This document shows positions 60,650 to 64,000 of a stretch of 64,000 nucleotides of DNA, one piece after another. Under the pieces are notes generated by a model, which worked only from the letters and a program-made list of their open reading frames with translations, was not told the DNA's origin and made no database searches. How positions within the stretch are numbered: the first letter of the stretch is position 1; each line of letters starts with the position of its first letter. The translations under genes were made by a program, and so were the position numbers. The DNA comes from Hyphomicrobiales bacterium (GTDB lineage: Bacteria > Pseudomonadota > Alphaproteobacteria > Rhizobiales > Aestuariivirgaceae): contig JANPGD010000054.1 in the NCBI GenBank assembly GCA_031423845.1, positions 1,058 to 65,057 on the forward strand, read 5' to 3'.

Positions 60650-61684
60650 TTACCTATATCTAATCTGATTCCATCTATGTCCGAGCAGTGAGAGAATAAT
60701 TATAAGGCCGTTGAAGAACTGGACATAGAAGCCGCTGAGCCCCGCGCCCACAATGCCTGTTTGAATGAATGAGACAGTCAGAGCACCAATAGCACCGCCG
60801 AGTACGGTTCCAATGCCGCCCCAAGTTGGGGTGCCGCCCACGAATACTGAGGCCAAAACTGGCAACAAATAACCGTCTCCCGATGTAGGCCACCAGGTGA
60901 AGTTGATCATGGTCGAAAATACACCGGCAATGGCTGCCCCAATGCCCACAAAGATGAAAGCTCCAATGCGTACGCGATTGACGTTGATGCCCATTTGAGC
61001 TGCGCTATCTGGATTATCGCCAACGATGTGGATATGCACCCCGAAGCGATGCCTCGTATAAAGGAACATAGAGAATATGGTGAAGGCAATGGCCCAGTAG
61101 ATCTGCACAGGAACGCCGTAGAGTTCTGATGAAAACAGCTGGAACACCCAACTGTCGCTCAGCGATGGCAGTGAAATAGACTTCCCCTCAGTGAAGATCA
61201 AGATAATGCCACGAAGCACAAAGTTCATTCCCAGTGTGGCAATGAGCGATGACAAATTGCCCTTAACCACCAAGGCACCAACGAACCAGCCAAGAATTGC
61301 GCCTGTGACCAAAGCGGCAGCAAAGCCGATGATGGGGTCATAGCCAGCCTGAACCACAAGCGCAAATGCCCATGCGGCACATCCCATCGTGGCGGGGAAG
61401 GACAAATCGATCTCTCCCACCGTGACGATAAATACGAGAGGAACAGTCAAAAAAATTGCAACGGGAAGTGTTGTCAAAACTGACGCATAAAGCGTCCAAT
61501 TGGTGAATACGACGGGGTTGGCAATAGTGAACATCAACAACATTGCCAAAAAAACAGCGAGCGAACCCAAGGCGGCGCGATTGGTCAGCAGGAATCGGCG
61601 CAAGGGCTGGTCAGAAGGATGGCTCCACGTTTCAGCTGATGCAGCACTCGTCGAAGATTGCTCTGGTGATAGCTGTTCCATCAA
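60650..61684 (-). CDS. Sugar ABC permease
   Basis: GEIDLSF, IATLG, GDN..SA..MGINV, VFVGGT..GG.G. Confidence 0.92.
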   Translation of the reverse strand: MMEQLSPEQSSTSAASAETWSHPSDQPLRRFLLTNRAALGSLAVFLAMLLMFTIANPVVFTNWTLYASVLTTLPVAIFLTVPLVFIVTVGEIDLSFPATMGCAAWAFALVVQAGYDPIIGFAAALVTGAILGWFVGALVVKGNLSSLIATLGMNFVLRGIILIFTEGKSISLPSLSDSWVFQLFSSELYGVPVQIYWAIAFTIFSMFLYTRHRFGVHIHIVGDNPDSAAQMGINVNRVRIGAFIFVGIGAAIAGVFSTMINFTWWPTSGDGYLLPVLASVFVGGTPTWGGIGTVLGGAIGALTVSFIQTGIVGAGLSGFYVQFFNGLIIILSLLGHRWNQIRYR

Positions 61685-62484
61685 AGTTTTCCCGTCTTCC
61701 GTTTTAGTGTTGGTTCATCGGCCTTTTGGTCTCTGGGTTCCGGGTGGGCAATCTGTTCCATGAAGCGGATGAGTTCCTCAGCTGTTTTGACTTTGTCTCG
61801 GGAAATTTGCATCGCAACCTTGCCGCGATCCATAACCACAAATCGATCCGCAATGTCGTAGACGTGATGAATGTTGTGGCCGATAAAAAGAATTGATCTT
61901 CCACTGGCACGCACTTGGCGCACGAAATGAAAAACCTTGGCAGTTTCGGTAAGAGAGAGAGCTGTTGTTGGCTCATCAAGGATGATCAAATCTGCCTGTT
62001 TGTAAATGGCCCGGGCAATGGCAACGCCTTGCCTTTCACCGCCGGAAAGTTGGCCGACAATGGAATTGGGTGTGAAAACTTTCGAAGTAAAGCCTATCTC
62101 ACGCATCAACCGGCTGGCTTCGGCGATTTCATGTTTCAAGTTGAGAAAGCCCAATCGGTTGCCCTGCTCATTGCCCATGAAAATATTGCGGACAATGGAT
62201 TGCTGCACCGCCAGCGCCCTGTCCTGGAAAACAGTTTCAATGCCAGCATCGCGCGAACGAGCCGCATTCCATCTAGTCACGGGCTTGCCACGAACAAGTA
62301 TTTCACCATCAGTGGGTTTTACAGCACCAGCGAGAATTTTGATCAGGGTTGATTTGCCTGCGCCATTGTCGCCGAGCAATCCAACAACCTCGCCTTTGTC
62401 CACATGCAAATTCACGCCACCTAAGGCGTAAACATTGCCGTAGGATTTTCTTATATTTTTTAGTTCAATCAATCTTTCTGCCAT
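61681..62484 (-). CDS. Sugar ABC ATPase (single NBD)
   Basis: GDNGAGKS, LSGGERQ, DEPTTAL. Confidence 0.93.
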   Translation of the reverse strand: MAERLIELKNIRKSYGNVYALGGVNLHVDKGEVVGLLGDNGAGKSTLIKILAGAVKPTDGEILVRGKPVTRWNAARSRDAGIETVFQDRALAVQQSIVRNIFMGNEQGNRLGFLNLKHEIAEASRLMREIGFTSKVFTPNSIVGQLSGGERQGVAIARAIYKQADLIILDEPTTALSLTETAKVFHFVRQVRASGRSILFIGHNIHHVYDIADRFVVMDRGKVAMQISRDKVKTAEELIRFMEQIAHPEPRDQKADEPTLKRKTGKL

Positions 62485-62501
62485 GGGGCACCTCTCATGA
62501 G

Positions 62502-62532
62502 GGGGCCGCCAGCATGGGAAACTGGCGGCCCA
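62502..62532 (-). other. Intercistronic hairpin after the binding-protein gene
   Basis: GGGCCGCCAG-N9-CTGGCGGCCC. Confidence 0.6.
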
Positions 62533-62543
62533 CTCGGACTCAA

Positions 62544-63536
62544 TTAGCGAAGACCTTCTTTGGCCAAGTCACCGACAACTTTGTAGTTGTCGGGCGTCAC
62601 GAAACCCGCACCAGTATCGACGTTCATCGCGCCAAGTCCGTAGACGATCTGCGAGCAAAGGCTGAGAATTGGCAGATAGCCTTGCAAGAATGGTTGCTGA
62701 TCTGCCGTCAGCTGAACCCATTTGCCGTCAAAGGCCTCGACGATTTGGGGACTAGTATCAAAACCAAAGTTGAAGATTTCACCTGGCTTCTTCTTTGCTG
62801 CTTGCATATAGGCAGGCACGTTTCCGAGGAGTTGGCCACCGGGATAACCGATTGCCTTAACATCTGGATTATTCAAGATGGCAGCGGTGATGATGGGCAA
62901 GGCCAAGTTCGGGTCTTTTGCCCACTCTGTGGCTGAATTGATCTTCACCACTTTGATGCCAGCTTCTTCCATCGCTGTAACTGTGCCAAGCTCACGCGCG
63001 CCACGGTTTACGTTTTCGAATGGACCAATCATAATGGCTGTGTCACCCTTCTTCAGGCCAGCCAAGCGTACTGCTTCAACGCCAAGAGCGTGGCCTTGCG
63101 AGGCTTGCTGCGCACCAACATAACCACCACCAAAAGCCGCGGACACTGTGGGCACTGGTACGTTCTGATACATCATCTTGATACCAGTTGCCGATGCCTG
63201 CTTGGCCAAAGGCATGATTGCATCATCGCCAGGATGACCCATCATGGCAATGCCGGCTGGCTTTGATGCAACCGCTTCACGCAATTGCTGCACCATCTTT
63301 TCAGAATCCCAGCCCGAGAACACGAAATCGACTTGGGCACCTGTGTCATTCTGCGCTTGCTTGGCGCCATTGTAAACGATGGAACCAAAAGCATCACCTT
63401 CAGCGCCACCCACGAAGAAGCGCAGGTGCACATCCTTACACCATTTATCACGCAAAGCTGCCGCTTCACTGAAGCTAGTGCTAGCGACGGTGAGTGCAAT
63501 TGCTGTTGCACCTAAAAGAAAAGTTCTCTTCAACAT
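62544..63536 (-). CDS. Sugar ABC substrate-binding protein
   Basis: Signal peptide, GFD, DQQPFLQGY, DTGAGFV. Confidence 0.9.
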   Translation of the reverse strand: MLKRTFLLGATAIALTVASTSFSEAAALRDKWCKDVHLRFFVGGAEGDAFGSIVYNGAKQAQNDTGAQVDFVFSGWDSEKMVQQLREAVASKPAGIAMMGHPGDDAIMPLAKQASATGIKMMYQNVPVPTVSAAFGGGYVGAQQASQGHALGVEAVRLAGLKKGDTAIMIGPFENVNRGARELGTVTAMEEAGIKVVKINSATEWAKDPNLALPIITAAILNNPDVKAIGYPGGQLLGNVPAYMQAAKKKPGEIFNFGFDTSPQIVEAFDGKWVQLTADQQPFLQGYLPILSLCSQIVYGLGAMNVDTGAGFVTPDNYKVVGDLAKEGLR

Positions 63537-63630
63537 GTTGATCCTCCATTGCCCATGAACGGGCTGTTATCGTTTCCTAGTTCTCGGCTTGACACCGATG
63601 TTTTGTTGTCTGGCCGCAAAGCCAGAAGGA

Positions 63631-63999
63631 CTAAACCGGATTGGCAATGAAATTTGCGCCGCCTCGGCATTCTTTCAAATAATTCAGAGCACGCAACTGC
63701 CCCGTCATCTCCAATTCATCGCGGTAAACGGGATCGTGCCAGCCTTCGATATCAATGGCACCCGTGAAGCCCGCCAATCTGAGTTCACTGATGACGCGCG
63801 ACCAATCTGATTCACCAAAACCCGGTGTGCGCATTTGCACGAAGGGGTGTTTGCCAAATACCCCATGTTCTTTGATCACATCCCAGCGAATGGTGGCGTC
63901 CTTGCCGTGAACATGAAATATACGGTCTGCCCATTTCCGGATTTGCGGGATGGGATCAATAAGATAAACCAATTGATGGCAGGGTTCCCATTCTAAGCC
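63631..63999 (-). CDS. Sugar phosphate isomerase/epimerase (TIM barrel), 3' part; runs off the window edge
   Basis: GLEWEPCHQ, HVHGKDA, RTPGFG..DW, IDIEGWHD. Confidence 0.85.
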   Translation of the reverse strand, partial: GLEWEPCHQLVYLIDPIPQIRKWADRIFHVHGKDATIRWDVIKEHGVFGKHPFVQMRTPGFGESDWSRVISELRLAGFTGAIDIEGWHDPVYRDELEMTGQLRALNYLKECRGGANFIANPV

Positions 64000-64000
64000 C

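Overview
Chromosomal window of an alphaproteobacterium. Gene order and protein sequences point to Hyphomicrobiales/Rhizobiales; this is inference, and no database search was run. The backbone is core metabolism: pdxH, fabI-aroC, gabT, an ScfR/RamB-type regulator with aceA, hemCD-mic60-hemY, tsaD-gpsA-yciI-EVE, acs, lemA-TPM, sdhCDAB, acnA, kup and asd, plus three tRNAs (Gln-TTG, Thr-CGT, Ser-CGA). Small accessory islets interrupt it. Best leads: (1) an unannotated 31-codon Thr/Lys-rich leader ORF with a structured spacer upstream of asd, a candidate attenuator with no intrinsic terminator; (2) an amino-acid permease fused to HAMP-GGDEF-EAL domains with intact catalytic motifs; (3) a DUF559 nuclease gene inside 47-bp inverted repeats that carry a compensatory hairpin change; (4) an 87-bp duplicate of the acnA 3' end bracketing a cargo gene; (5) a complete ATP-grasp/alpha-E/transglutaminase/Anbu operon convergent on dpp; (6) an ECF sigma factor flanked by two small CPxC membrane proteins. 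Three loci look broken: a GH42 beta-galactosidase, a sugar ABC operon and one hypothetical gene. No CRISPR array, rRNA, integrase or IS transposase was seen.
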